Shown here piece by piece: positions 18,008 to 27,600 of a stretch of 32,000 nt of DNA (position 1 is the stretch's first letter; the number at the start of each line of letters is the position of its first letter). Location of the stretch: positions 2,730,001 to 2,762,000 of the forward strand of contig NZ_CP080507.1 of NCBI RefSeq assembly GCF_019464535.1, given 5' to 3'. The DNA is from Horticoccus luteus. Its GTDB lineage: Bacteria; Verrucomicrobiota; Verrucomicrobiia; Opitutales; Opitutaceae. Under the pieces are notes generated by a model, which saw nothing but the letters and a program-made list of their open reading frames with translations, was not told where the DNA came from and did not search any database. The position numbers were made by a program, and so were the translations under genes.

Positions 18008-19891
18008 CGGCGGCGCCCCGTTCGCCGTGCCCGGTTTCGCAGCCTCCGTCGGTCGCCCCGCGCGCTGGGCCGCCTGCTGGGCCGCCTTCTCCGCAGTCGC
18101 GATTCTCTCAAAAAGCAGCTCCTTCTGCCGCGCCCAATCTGCGCGGCCTGCCTCAAGCTCCGCTTGCGCCGCATAATAGTCGCGCCTCGCTTTATTGAGC
18201 GCATCGCGCGCCTCTCTCAATTGCCGCGCGGCCTCGTCGAGTTGGCTGCGCGGAACAACTGCTTCGCTCTTCGTTCGCTCCGCCGCGGCCAGCTTTTGTT
18301 CGAGCGCCGCCTTTTCCAGCGCGAGCGCCTGTCGCGCCTGTGTGGCTCCCGCCGCGTTTCGTTCCGCGACGGCGAGCCGGTCCTTCAATTGGCGGATTTT
18401 GTCTTCCGCCGCCTTGGCGTCTTCCGCTTTGGCGCGATCCTCCGCCTCCGCGCGCACGGTGGCGGACTTGCGCGCAGCAACTTCGGCCGCCTGCAACGTC
18501 CGATTCTCCTGGGCCAATCGTTCGTTCACCGCGCGCAACGCTGCCATTTCCTGGCGCACTTTCGGGTCTTCCGACGCCGCGCTGGCCGGCGTCTGCGCTC
18601 CTTTTAACTTCCGCTCCAAGCGCGCGATTTCGGCTGCCGCCCGCTGTTGGTCGCCTTCCCAACCTGCAATTGCTTGACGAGCCGCAGTGAGTTGCCCCTG
18701 CAGCTCCGCGACTTTCGCCGCGGATTCAACGTTTTCATGTCGAGCCGCGCTCAACATGCCAGCGCTGGCGTCCTGCTCCTCGGTCGTTCGCGCCGCTGCC
18801 GCTTTCGCCTCTCGGGTGGCATCCTCCGCGGCGTGCTGCCAGCGCATGCGTTCATTCCTGAGCGCGTCGCGCTCTTCCTGCGCCCGTTGGAGGGCTCCGC
18901 GCAATTCCGACAATTGCCCGCGGGCCACGCGTTGCTCGGCCAAATCGCGTTCCAGTTGCTCCACCCGCCCCGTCGGGGCCGGCTCCTCCGACGACACCGA
19001 GTGAGCGGGCGCCGACATCGTCAATTCTCCGCGCAAGACCGCGACTCGCTTTTGGGCCGCGAGCTTTTGCGTCTCATCAAGGCGCGGGGCGAGCAGTGCT
19101 CGCGCGGCCGTCGGCCCGCCATTTTGCGCCGCGAGCGTCATCCACGCGAACGCTTCCACCGGATCGGCCGCCGCGCCGCGACCTTCCGCCAGCATGATGC
19201 CGTAGTTGTTTTGCGCCGGAGGATACCCCTGGCGCGCCGCCTCCCGGTAACATCCCAAGGCCCGCGCCAGATCCGCCGCTCCGCCGCGTCCCTCCTCGAG
19301 CATCAAGGCCAGATTGTAGCGCGCCTCCGTGTAGCCTTGCGCAGCCGCCCGGCCATACCACTGCCGGGCCTGCGCTTCGTCGCGCGTGATTCCCGCGCCG
19401 GTTTCATACGCCAGTCCCAGATTGTATTCCGCTTCCGGCAGCCCTTGATCCGCCGCCTGGCGCAGCCACAGCATGGCCTCGAATGCATCCGCTTTCACGC
19501 CCGCGCCCTTCGCATACATGTTGCCCACGTTGAACTGCGCCGGCGCAAATCCCTGCTCCGCTGCCTGGCGGTAAGAGCGAAACGCCGCCGTCAAATCCAC
19601 CGGCACGCCCCGCCCGAGCTCATAAATCATCCCCAACGAAAATTGTGCGCGCGCACTGCCTCGCTGCGCCGCCTGTTGATACCACCGCAGCGCCTCCGCC
19701 TGATTCGGCGCAACGCCTTCACCGTTCTCATAACTCGCCGCGAGCGCCTCCATCGCTTCGACATCTCCGTGCGCCGCCTGCTCGCTCAACGTTGCCCCGT
19801 CGGCGGCCGCCATCGCCACCGCCGCGCTGCTCGCGCCCAGCAGCACGAGTGCCGCACTCCACGCACGCCAAAACGTCGTCAGCGCACGCAT
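17987..19891 (-). CDS. Secreted Sel1-repeat (SLR/TPR-like) protein with a roughly 330-aa C-terminal coiled-coil region
   Basis: The ATG at 19891 gives the signal-like MRALTTFWRAWSAALVLLGASSAAVAMA; the listed start at 19921 is GTG. It has at least six Sel1 units (A..WY..AA.QG...AQ..LG.MY..G.GV..D...A). A long heptad-like, charged Ala/Glu/Arg/Gln-rich segment follows. The 3' end overlaps the convergent oxidoreductase gene by 21 nt. Confidence 0.8.
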   Translation of the reverse strand: MRALTTFWRAWSAALVLLGASSAAVAMAAADGATLSEQAAHGDVEAMEALAASYENGEGVAPNQAEALRWYQQAAQRGSARAQFSLGMIYELGRGVPVDLTAAFRSYRQAAEQGFAPAQFNVGNMYAKGAGVKADAFEAMLWLRQAADQGLPEAEYNLGLAYETGAGITRDEAQARQWYGRAAAQGYTEARYNLALMLEEGRGGAADLARALGCYREAARQGYPPAQNNYGIMLAEGRGAAADPVEAFAWMTLAAQNGGPTAARALLAPRLDETQKLAAQKRVAVLRGELTMSAPAHSVSSEEPAPTGRVEQLERDLAEQRVARGQLSELRGALQRAQEERDALRNERMRWQHAAEDATREAKAAAARTTEEQDASAGMLSAARHENVESAAKVAELQGQLTAARQAIAGWEGDQQRAAAEIARLERKLKGAQTPASAASEDPKVRQEMAALRAVNERLAQENRTLQAAEVAARKSATVRAEAEDRAKAEDAKAAEDKIRQLKDRLAVAERNAAGATQARQALALEKAALEQKLAAAERTKSEAVVPRSQLDEAARQLREARDALNKARRDYYAAQAELEAGRADWARQKELLFERIATAEKAAQQAAQRAGRPTEAAKPGTANGAPPSAAGQR

Positions 19892-19999
19892 CACTCGACG
19901 AAAGGCAGCAATCGGAAGCACGTCGGTCTTAAGGATAATTCCGCCCCCGAGCGCAAGGCCTCGAACGCGCCCACGCCGGCGCGCGCCCGCGGCCGTTCC

Positions 20000-21403
20000 T
20001 CAGCTCGTCACGCTGGCGATCCGACACGGCAGCAACGCGGCATCCTGCATGCCGTGGATGATCTTTTTATCCGGCGGGCAAAACGTCGCGAGCGCCCCGT
20101 TCAACTGTGCCTTGCCGCCCCGCACGAAGTAATAGGGACACAACCGCAACCGCCCATCGACTTCCTTCACTTCCGCGCCGTCGTTGCTATAAACGCGGTG
20201 CCGCACCCGTCGCGGTTTCCGGTAAATCTGGAGCAAATGCAAATTCGTCGCCGCGTCCGCCATGGCGGCCTCCACGCCCTGTTGCCACTCTTCGCGCGAG
20301 CAGTCGCTCCCGAGCACGACGCTGCGGGCACCCCACGCGGTCTCGTGGTAACCGCTGATCTTGATGATCAAGTCGCGCTCCTTCTGCGAGGCGTTGATCA
20401 AGTCGCGCCAGTCAGCCAGCGCCCGGCCACCCACGCGCGGACCATCCAGCACCGCGCCCGGCGGCAATGGCGCCGGATCCAGCACCCACGACTGCGGAAT
20501 CAAAGCCCGCAACAACGTCAAAGCGCGTCCACTCACGTTCTCCGCCCAGAAGTCTTGCAACCGGTGGTGATGAAAAAGCGCGAGCGCCAGCTTCTCCTCC
20601 TGGAACGGCCGCAGCGGCGGAGCGAGCGCAAGTTCACCCGCCTCCCACGCCGTGAAAATATAGCGCTCCACGGGAATGTTCGGCAGATCGAACAGTTCGA
20701 AGAAACGATAAATCACATCGATCTTTTCCGGATTTCCGTCGGCGTCGAAAAACAACGCGTTCTCCAGCGGAAACAACTGCTCCGGGCGCAGGCAAAACAC
20801 GCGCTTGCCGCGCAACTGCAGCTGCGTCGCTAGCCACTCCATTTCGGGCCGGTAGGTCGCCGCCTCATCACTCACCACCAGCGCGATCAGCGGATTGCGC
20901 TCCGCCGGCCGCAACGCTGCGAGCGTTTCATAAAACCCCAGAACCATCCGGTCATCCGCGCCGAGCACCGCCCCTTCGCTGGCATAGAGCCGGTTCAAAA
21001 AACCCGTCAGACCGATGCCGCCCGGCACCGAATCGAGTTCCGTCAACGCGAACCCATCGTCGGTCAACAACAGGTCCGGACGGAGCACCGGCGGCAACGT
21101 CCCGCGGTTGCGCGGATCGCGCGCGTGCGCGATCAACGCCGCGGGTTTGCCGCGATCGAGATATTCCGCCACCCACGGTGCGCGCAGAGTTTTGTTGCGC
21201 AGCAGATTTTTGTCCGCCGCCGCCCGCAGATAAAGCGTCTCCAACGCCTGGTGAAACTCCACGCACGCCGCGCCGATCGCCTCGAGTTCCCCCACCTGCT
21301 CCGGCGTGAGCGGCCATGCCTCGGGCGAGAGCTGCCAGCTCTTGTCCTCGAACAGGGGCTGCGCCGCCAGGGCGGATCGGAGGGACTCGTAAGCGAGCGG
21401 CAT
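20000..21403 (-). CDS. Conserved hypothetical protein, tentatively an ATP-grasp-like ligase (glutathionylspermidine-synthase / circularly permuted ATP-grasp superfamily)
   Basis: This 467-aa ORF has high GC3 and an ATG 6 nt after the prfB stop. The motifs RPDLLLTDDGFALTELDSVPGGIG, PPLRPFQEEKLALALFHH, LIPQSWVL and DLIIKISGYHETAWGARSVVLG resemble the R.D....G....E.N..P.G / nK..L..L / P.T / v.KP..g..G.gv blocks of that superfamily, as far as I recall them. Confidence 0.6.
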   Translation of the reverse strand: MPLAYESLRSALAAQPLFEDKSWQLSPEAWPLTPEQVGELEAIGAACVEFHQALETLYLRAAADKNLLRNKTLRAPWVAEYLDRGKPAALIAHARDPRNRGTLPPVLRPDLLLTDDGFALTELDSVPGGIGLTGFLNRLYASEGAVLGADDRMVLGFYETLAALRPAERNPLIALVVSDEAATYRPEMEWLATQLQLRGKRVFCLRPEQLFPLENALFFDADGNPEKIDVIYRFFELFDLPNIPVERYIFTAWEAGELALAPPLRPFQEEKLALALFHHHRLQDFWAENVSGRALTLLRALIPQSWVLDPAPLPPGAVLDGPRVGGRALADWRDLINASQKERDLIIKISGYHETAWGARSVVLGSDCSREEWQQGVEAAMADAATNLHLLQIYRKPRRVRHRVYSNDGAEVKEVDGRLRLCPYYFVRGGKAQLNGALATFCPPDKKIIHGMQDAALLPCRIASVTS

Positions 21404-21409
21404 GACAGC

Positions 21410-22553
21410 TTATTCCTCCATCTGGATTTCTTTGTTGCGATGCCGCGGACAGCCCGCGCGCAACCACGCGTTGACGAACCGGTCGAGGTCCCCGTCGAGC
21501 ACGCCCTGCGTATCGCTGGTGCTGATGCCGGTGCGCAAATCCTTCACCATTTGATACGGCTGCAAGACGTAGCTGCGGATCTGCGATCCCCACCCGATCT
21601 CACCCTTCTCCCCGTAGAATTTATCCATCTCGGCGCGCTGCTCGTCCTGCCGCTTTTCGTAAAGCCGGGCTTTCAGGATGCTCATCGCACTCGCCTTGTT
21701 CTTGATCTGGGAACGCTCGTTTTGGCAGACCACCACAATGCCGCTTGGGATATGCGTGATGCGCACGGCCGAATCGGTCGTGTTAACGCCCTGTCCGCCC
21801 TTGCCCGATGAACGATAAACGTCGATCCGGAGTTCATCCTCCGGGATGTCGACTTTGATCTCGTCCGTGATTTCCGCGATCACGTCCACCGCGCAGAACG
21901 ACGTATGGCGCCGCTGGTTCGAGTCGAACGGGCTGATGCGCACCAGCCGGTGCACGCCGCGCTCCGCCTTCGCGTATCCATAGGCGTTTTCGCCCTTGAT
22001 GAGGATTGTCGCCTTGCTGATGCCGGCTTGATCGCCGACCTGCACGTCCTGCACTTCGATCGTGAACCCGCGCCGCTCCGCCCATCGCGTATACATGCGA
22101 AAAAGCAGATCAGCCCAGTCGTTGGACTCGGTGCCGCCCGCGCCCGCCTGAATGGAAAAAATCGCATTGTTGCGATCGAACTGCCCCGTCAGGAAGGCGC
22201 CGATTTCAATCTCGTCGAGTTCGGGCAGCATCGCCTTGACGAGCGCTTCCACTTCACGACTGAACTCCTCCTGCTCGGACGCCGAACCCATTTCGATGAG
22301 CTCGAGCAACGTGTTCAGATCGGCGACTTTTTTCTGAAAACTCACGATCGGAAGCACGATCCGCTTCAGACCGTTGAGCTTCGCGATATGTTTCTGGGCG
22401 CGATCGCTGTTATCCCAGAATTCCGGCGCACCCATCTGCGCCTCCATCGCCTCTATTTCGCGCTGCTTTTGTTCGACGTCAAAGAAACCTCCATAGATGC
22501 CCGGCGCGCTTCTTGATGTTTTCGATGTGATTAAAAGTCTCAGGAACGATCAT
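21410..22553 (-). CDS. prfB: Peptide chain release factor 2, expressed through a programmed +1 ribosomal frameshift
   Basis: Frame 0 (22553..22482) encodes [24 protein letters not shown] and meets an in-frame TGA at 22481-22479. After a +1 shift the reading continues [24 protein letters not shown]... through SPF ([15 protein letters not shown]) and GGQ ([23 protein letters not shown]) to the TAA at 21410. The ORF track shows only the downstream frame from an internal Met. Confidence 0.92.
22478..22492 (-). promoter_or_regulatory. RF2 autoregulatory +1 frameshift site with an internal Shine-Dalgarno-like stimulator
   Basis: The minus strand reads GGAGG-TTT-CTT-TGA-C. This has the same architecture as the E. 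coli prfB site AGGGGG-TAT-CTT-TGA-C: an SD-like element, a 3-nt spacer, then the slippery CUU before UGA C. Confidence 0.88.
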
Positions 22554-22697
22554 GAACGGAAGACAAGGTGGCAAAACGTCGTCCGCCGCAAGTCGTCAGC
22601 GTGCTCCCGCGCAAAAACCCGCGCTCGCCGCCCACCCCGCGGCCTCCCTGGCCCGCCGCGGCCCGCGCCGCACCAACCCGCTCCGGCCTCGCCCGCC

Positions 22698-23636
22698 TCA
22701 AAAGCCCCGCAACGTCCCCGCCGCCTGCTCCGCGAGAAACGCCGCGTAAGTCCGCGCCACGCCCTCGCGCAATGCGATCCGCGCCCGCCAGCCCAACTCG
22801 GTGAGCCGCGACACATCCAGCAGCTTGCGCGGCGTGCCATCGGGCTTGCTCGCATCCCAGACAATCCGGCCACCAAACCCCGTCACCTCCGCCACCGTTT
22901 CCGTCAGCTCCTTGATCGTCACATCCGTGCCGGTGCCGACGTTGATCCAATCCGGCGGATTTTCCAAGGTGAGCAGAAACGCGCACGCATCGGCGAGATC
23001 GTCCACGTGGAGAAACTCCCGCTTCGGCGCCCCCGTCCCCCAAGCCACGACTTCCGCGCGCCCCGCCTCCTTCGCTTCGTGAAACTTCCGCAGCAGCGCC
23101 GGCAGCACGTGCGAATTCTCCAAGTGATAATTGTCTCCCGGTCCGTAGAGATTCGTCGGCATCGCCGAGTGAAACAGCACCCCGTGCTGCTGCCGGTAAT
23201 ACTGGCACAATTTCAAGCCCGCGATCTTCGCGATCGCGTAAGCCTCGTTCGTCGGCTCCAACGGACTCGTCAGCAGGCACTCCTCGGGCATCGGCTGCGG
23301 CGCGTGTTTCGGATAGATGCAGGAACTGCCCAGAAACAAGAGCCGCTTCGTCCCCTGCTTCCACGCTGCGTGGATGGCATTCGCGGCCACGATCATGTTC
23401 GAATAAATGAACTCCGCCGGATAAGTCTTGTTCGCGTAAATTCCGCCCACCCGCGCCGCCGCAATGATCGCCACCTCCGGCCGCTCCGCCGCGAAAAACG
23501 CCTCCACCTGAGCTTGCTGCTCCAGATCCAGTTTCTCGCGGGACCGCGTCACCACGGTCACGCCGGGCTCGCCCGTCAGTCGGCGCACCAACGCCGACCC
23601 CACCATCCCGCGGTCACCTGCAATGTAAATTTTCAC
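22698..23636 (-). CDS. fcl: GDP-L-fucose synthase (GDP-4-keto-6-deoxy-D-mannose 3,5-epimerase/4-reductase)
   Basis: The GTG start at 23636 gives (M)[19 protein letters not shown]. It also has ...[23 protein letters not shown]......[13 protein letters not shown] and ...[16 protein letters not shown]......[11 protein letters not shown]. The ATG at 23723 would add a non-homologous 29-aa extension. Confidence 0.9.
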   Translation of the reverse strand: MKIYIAGDRGMVGSALVRRLTGEPGVTVVTRSREKLDLEQQAQVEAFFAAERPEVAIIAAARVGGIYANKTYPAEFIYSNMIVAANAIHAAWKQGTKRLLFLGSSCIYPKHAPQPMPEECLLTSPLEPTNEAYAIAKIAGLKLCQYYRQQHGVLFHSAMPTNLYGPGDNYHLENSHVLPALLRKFHEAKEAGRAEVVAWGTGAPKREFLHVDDLADACAFLLTLENPPDWINVGTGTDVTIKELTETVAEVTGFGGRIVWDASKPDGTPRKLLDVSRLTELGWRARIALREGVARTYAAFLAEQAAGTLRGF

Positions 23637-23779
23637 GCGCAAAAAGAGAAGTATTCCCGCCGCCGTGCGCAAGCGCCGTCCTGCCTGCACTCCGCTTCCG
23701 CCCCCAAACTCACTCTGCACCACCCGCCGGCGCCATTCGGCGCTTTCCCCCCGCCGCTCGCGTTGCCTACGTTGTCACC

Positions 23780-24151
23780 ATGAACCCGCTCGTGCTGCTG
23801 ACGCCTGTCTTCATGGCCTTCGAGGTCGCGCAGCTCGTCGTCGCGGAACGCTATCTCGGAATCAAGCAAATCGAACGCAACGCCGACCCTCGCCTCGTCG
23901 GCCCGCGCGAACCGGTGGCATTTCTCTGGCTCGCCGGCCTGATGGTTTACGGCGGTTGGGTCCTCCTGCTCCTGCTCACCGTGCCCGCCGCACGGATGCA
24001 AGCGGTCTGCTTGCTCGCCATTTCTCTGGCCGGTTTCACCCTGCGGCGAAACACCACTTTGGCGTGGACCTTGGTGCTTCTGACCTTCGAAGGCGCGCTT
24101 CGCCTCGGGATGCTGCTTTCTCTGCTCGTCTTCATTTGGCATCAGTCTTAA
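23780..24151 (+). CDS. Small integral membrane protein (about 4 predicted TM helices), unknown function
   Basis: It is 123 aa, hydrophobic throughout (LVLLTPVFMAFEVAQLVVA..., FLWLAGLMVYGGWVLLLLLTV, VCLLAISLAGFTL, WTLVLLTFEGALRLGMLLSLLVFIW), with high GC3. It ends 11 nt before the amidase gene. Confidence 0.6.
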   Translation: MNPLVLLTPVFMAFEVAQLVVAERYLGIKQIERNADPRLVGPREPVAFLWLAGLMVYGGWVLLLLLTVPAARMQAVCLLAISLAGFTLRRNTTLAWTLVLLTFEGALRLGMLLSLLVFIWHQS

Positions 24152-24162
24152 TTCGCCTGCCG

Positions 24163-24657
24163 ATGGCCTATATCGAGTTCGACGCCACTTCTCCCCATTA
24201 CGCGCGAACGCCGCCCCACGAACGCTTGGGCGTTGTCGTCCACCATAGCGTGCTCTCGTTCCGCGACACGATTGCGCGGATGCTCGATCCCACCAGCAAG
24301 GTCAGTTATCACGTGCTCGTGGATGACGATGGCACCCGTTGCACGCTCGTGCCGGATGATTGCCTCGCCTGGCACGCAGGTGAGTCGACGTTTCTCGGCC
24401 GCTCCCGCACCAATGAATTTCTCCTCGGCCTGGCGTTCGCCGGTGATACCTATCGCACGCCGCTGACGGATGCACAGATCGCCTCCGCGCTGGAATGGAT
24501 TGCACCGCGCTGGGAGCTTTATCGCTGGTCCTTGGATCGTCTCACCGATCACCGCCAGATCTCGCCCGGCCGCAAAGACGATTTAAACCCCGTCGAGTGG
24601 CAGCGTTTTCTCGCGGCCGCCACCCGGCGCTTCGGTTCGCCTCGCACCGCCGTCTGA
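24163..24657 (+). CDS. N-acetylmuramoyl-L-alanine amidase, AmpD-like (Amidase_2/PGRP fold)
   Basis: From the ATG at 24163: ...VVVHHSV..., ...SYHVLVDDDG..., ...AWHAGES.F.GR...N..LLG.AF.G..., ...LTDHRQISPGRKDDLNP. The listed ORF from 23665 is a 5' extension overlapping the membrane-protein gene. Confidence 0.75.
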   Translation: MAYIEFDATSPHYARTPPHERLGVVVHHSVLSFRDTIARMLDPTSKVSYHVLVDDDGTRCTLVPDDCLAWHAGESTFLGRSRTNEFLLGLAFAGDTYRTPLTDAQIASALEWIAPRWELYRWSLDRLTDHRQISPGRKDDLNPVEWQRFLAAATRRFGSPRTAV

Positions 24658-24697
24658 GCCGCGCCGCGGTGGGTTCTGCCGCGCACGGCGCAACGTT

Positions 24698-27600
24698 CTA
24701 CGCCGCATCCGCCGTGCGCGTTTTCCCCTGCCGCCACCGTCGGAAGCCGAAGAACGCCAGGCTGGCGCCCACGAAAATGAGTCCGTAGGTCGAAGGCTCC
24801 GGCACCGGCGTGACCCGCGAGTAAGTCGCATCGTAATCCTGCCAGTAACTCACATCGCCGTAGCCCTCGAATTTGATGTGGCTCAGCACGTCGTCCAAAT
24901 TCGCCGAGTTTCGCACCAAGAGAAAGTCCGAGAAATCGATCCAATTGCGGATGTAGAGCATGCTGTCCGTCGTCGCCATCAGCAGGTCATCGAGGAACAG
25001 GAAATTGGCGTCGCAAACATTTCCTCCGGCAAAATCGATCACCGCCACGCCGTCGATCGTCAGCGTCCCAAACGTCTCCGTCACCCCCGCTCCGCCCGCC
25101 CCGTTGAACTGCAATTTGGTTTCCCCGCCGTAGGCCGCGCCGCGCAGAGTGACGTTGGCCGTATTCGCAATCTGCTCGCTGGCATCGAGCCGCAAAACAT
25201 CCGTGCCCCGGCCATCACCGACGATCACGTTGCCGACGATCGCATTGACGCCTGGCGTTTTGTTCAACGCCAGGATCCCGTCGTTCACGTAAGTCGGACC
25301 GGTGAACGTATTCGCCGACGTGCCAGAAAGAGTGAGCACCCCATCGCCGGTCTTGGTTAAACCTTTGGCGCCGCCGTTGTCCGCGATCACGGCGCTGATG
25401 TTCAGTCCGCCCGTGCCGTAAACATGCGTGACGAGATCCGAGACGCCCGTCGCGGTCCCCGCCCGAATCGTGCCATTGGAAATGAGGCTGACGGTCGAGC
25501 CCGTGGTGAGCAAACCGCCGCTATTGACGGTCAGCGCATAGCCGCCCGCATTGATGTCGATGCCGCTGCCCAGGCTGAGCGATCCCACCGTGCGGTTGGC
25601 TGAAAGGGTCTGATCCGCTGTCGGCGTGGCGTTGACGGTGCTCGTCCAACTACCCTGTGCGGTGTTGGTGCCGGTAACAGCCACCACGCCATTGGCCCCG
25701 TAGCCGGCGAACGCTGTGCCGTTGACGGTCGCATAACCGAGCACATTCGAAACCAGAGCGGGGCTGTTGCCGAACTTGATGCGCGGGTTGTCCCCGGTGC
25801 CGCCCATGGTGCCACCCGTCGCCGCGAAGTTCACCGTGGCGCCCGCGGTGCGGACCAGCGAATCGGTGGCCGGGACGGTTGCCGAGCCGAAGGTGAGCTG
25901 CGCCGACCCCTTGTTGTCGCCATACTGCGAAACGACAGTGTTGGCACCGCCCGCGAGCGTGAGCACGCCAACGGTCTCCGTCGTGTCGTTATTTCCTGTG
26001 CGCCCCAAAAGGCTGAGCGTGCCGCCAAGCAGCGTTACGGTGGCGGTATCCTTCACCCGGTTGGTGTTGTTCGTTGACCCGTTGTCCAACGTGAACGTGC
26101 CGCCATCGCGCACGGTCAGGCTGCTCACACTCGTCATCGTGCCGCCGCTCTGCAGTCGCAGTTCCGCGCCTTTCACCGTCACAGATCCCGCCAGCGTATT
26201 GGCGGCGGTCATATCCAGTCGCCCGTTACCTTCGACGGTCAGGCTGCCGTTGCTCACCACACCGGAGAGCAATCCATCCGCGGCGGTGCCTGTGCCGCGC
26301 TGCATCAGCACGGTGCGGTTGGCGCCATTGAGATCGATGGCATTGGTCAGCGTCAGCGTGCGATTGGCGCTGTTGGACCCAAGGATGAGTCGCTTGCCGT
26401 CGCCCACGAAGTTCGTCGTGCTTCCCCACTTCACGACATTGCTGTTGTTGTTCAGGCTGACAGTGCGATTCGCGCCCGAGGCGGAGAATCCGCCATCACC
26501 CTTCCACTGTAAGTTGGCGCCCCCTGCGCCCAAGCTGCGCGTCATATTTCCGGTGAGTTCCAAGACGCCGCCGTTGAGGGCGATGTTGCTGTTCGCATTG
26601 ATCGTTCCGCGCAGCGCGCCGTCGCGAATTTCCGTCGGACCAGTGTAAGTGTTCGCCCCTGAAATATTCAAAGTGCCCGCACCGGTTTTAATCAAACCGC
26701 CGTTGGACAAAACGCCCGAGAGGGTCGCATCCACCGCCGCCGAACCGTTGGCCACGCGCACCTCGCGGTTGGCGCCGCCGAAATTGATGGCGTTGGTGAG
26801 CGTCACCATCCGGTTCGCGGCGTCCGAGCTTAGCAACAGCGCATGGCCGTCCGGCACGAAGCTCCCCGCCGCCCAGGTCAGCGCGCCGTTCGCAGTGCCC
26901 GCTGCGTTGGTCAGCGTGAAGGTCCGGTTGGCCGAGCCGGAAGCCGAAAAGCCGCCATCGCCCACCCACTGCACTTGGTCCGAACCCATGCCCAATTGTC
27001 GCGTGAATGTTGTGGTTACGCCCGACTCCAGCACGCCGCCGGCGAGCTGGAGGTTCCCACCGCTATAACCGTTGGTGCTAAAACCGCCGGCCAAGGCGTC
27101 GGCGCTGTTGCTGATCCGCAGCGCACCGCCTTCGATCCGCGTTACACCGTTCCAGTCGTTCCCCGAATTGGTGAGCTCCACGACGCCGGCTCCCATCTTG
27201 GTGAGATTATACGTGTCGGCCCCATCCGATATTTTTCCACTCAACGTCAACACGCCTTCCCGCGAACCAATGCCGCTGTTGCCCGCCATCGTTATGTTGC
27301 CCGCAAAACTGTTGTTTCCGCCGTCGTTGTAGATCGCGCCGGAGTAGCCTTCGCCGCCGCGAGGCACGCCAAGGCCGTTGATCGTCACCGCTTCCGCCGC
27401 CGTATAGGTCACATTGCCCGCCGCGCCGGCCCGGAACGCCAAAGCGCCGCCGCTGTTGACCGTCGTCGTGCCTGCGGTCGTGCCCAGCGCCCCGTTCGTG
27501 GTCACCACCACCATGCCCTGATTGATCGTCAGGTTACCCGTCCACGGGGTCGCGCCGTTCGAGTTGTCGCTGTTGATCGTCGTCGTCCCTGTTCCGTTTT

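Noticed and set aside
18647-20833. 728-aa plus-strand ORF
   Set aside because: It spans the intergenic gap between two well-supported minus-strand genes (Sel1/coiled-coil and the ATP-grasp-like gene). It is extremely Arg-rich (RRRR, RLR runs), so I treat it as a shadow frame.
22497-23783. 428-aa plus-strand ORF covering the prfB 5' end, the fcl gene and the promoter region
   Set aside because: It lies antisense to the clearly recognisable GDP-fucose synthase. It is Arg/Pro-rich, and it crosses an intergenic region.
24330-24342. Sigma-54-like TGGCAC...TTGC element
   Set aside because: The GG-to-GC spacing is 2 nt too short (N3 instead of N5), and it lies inside the amidase coding sequence.
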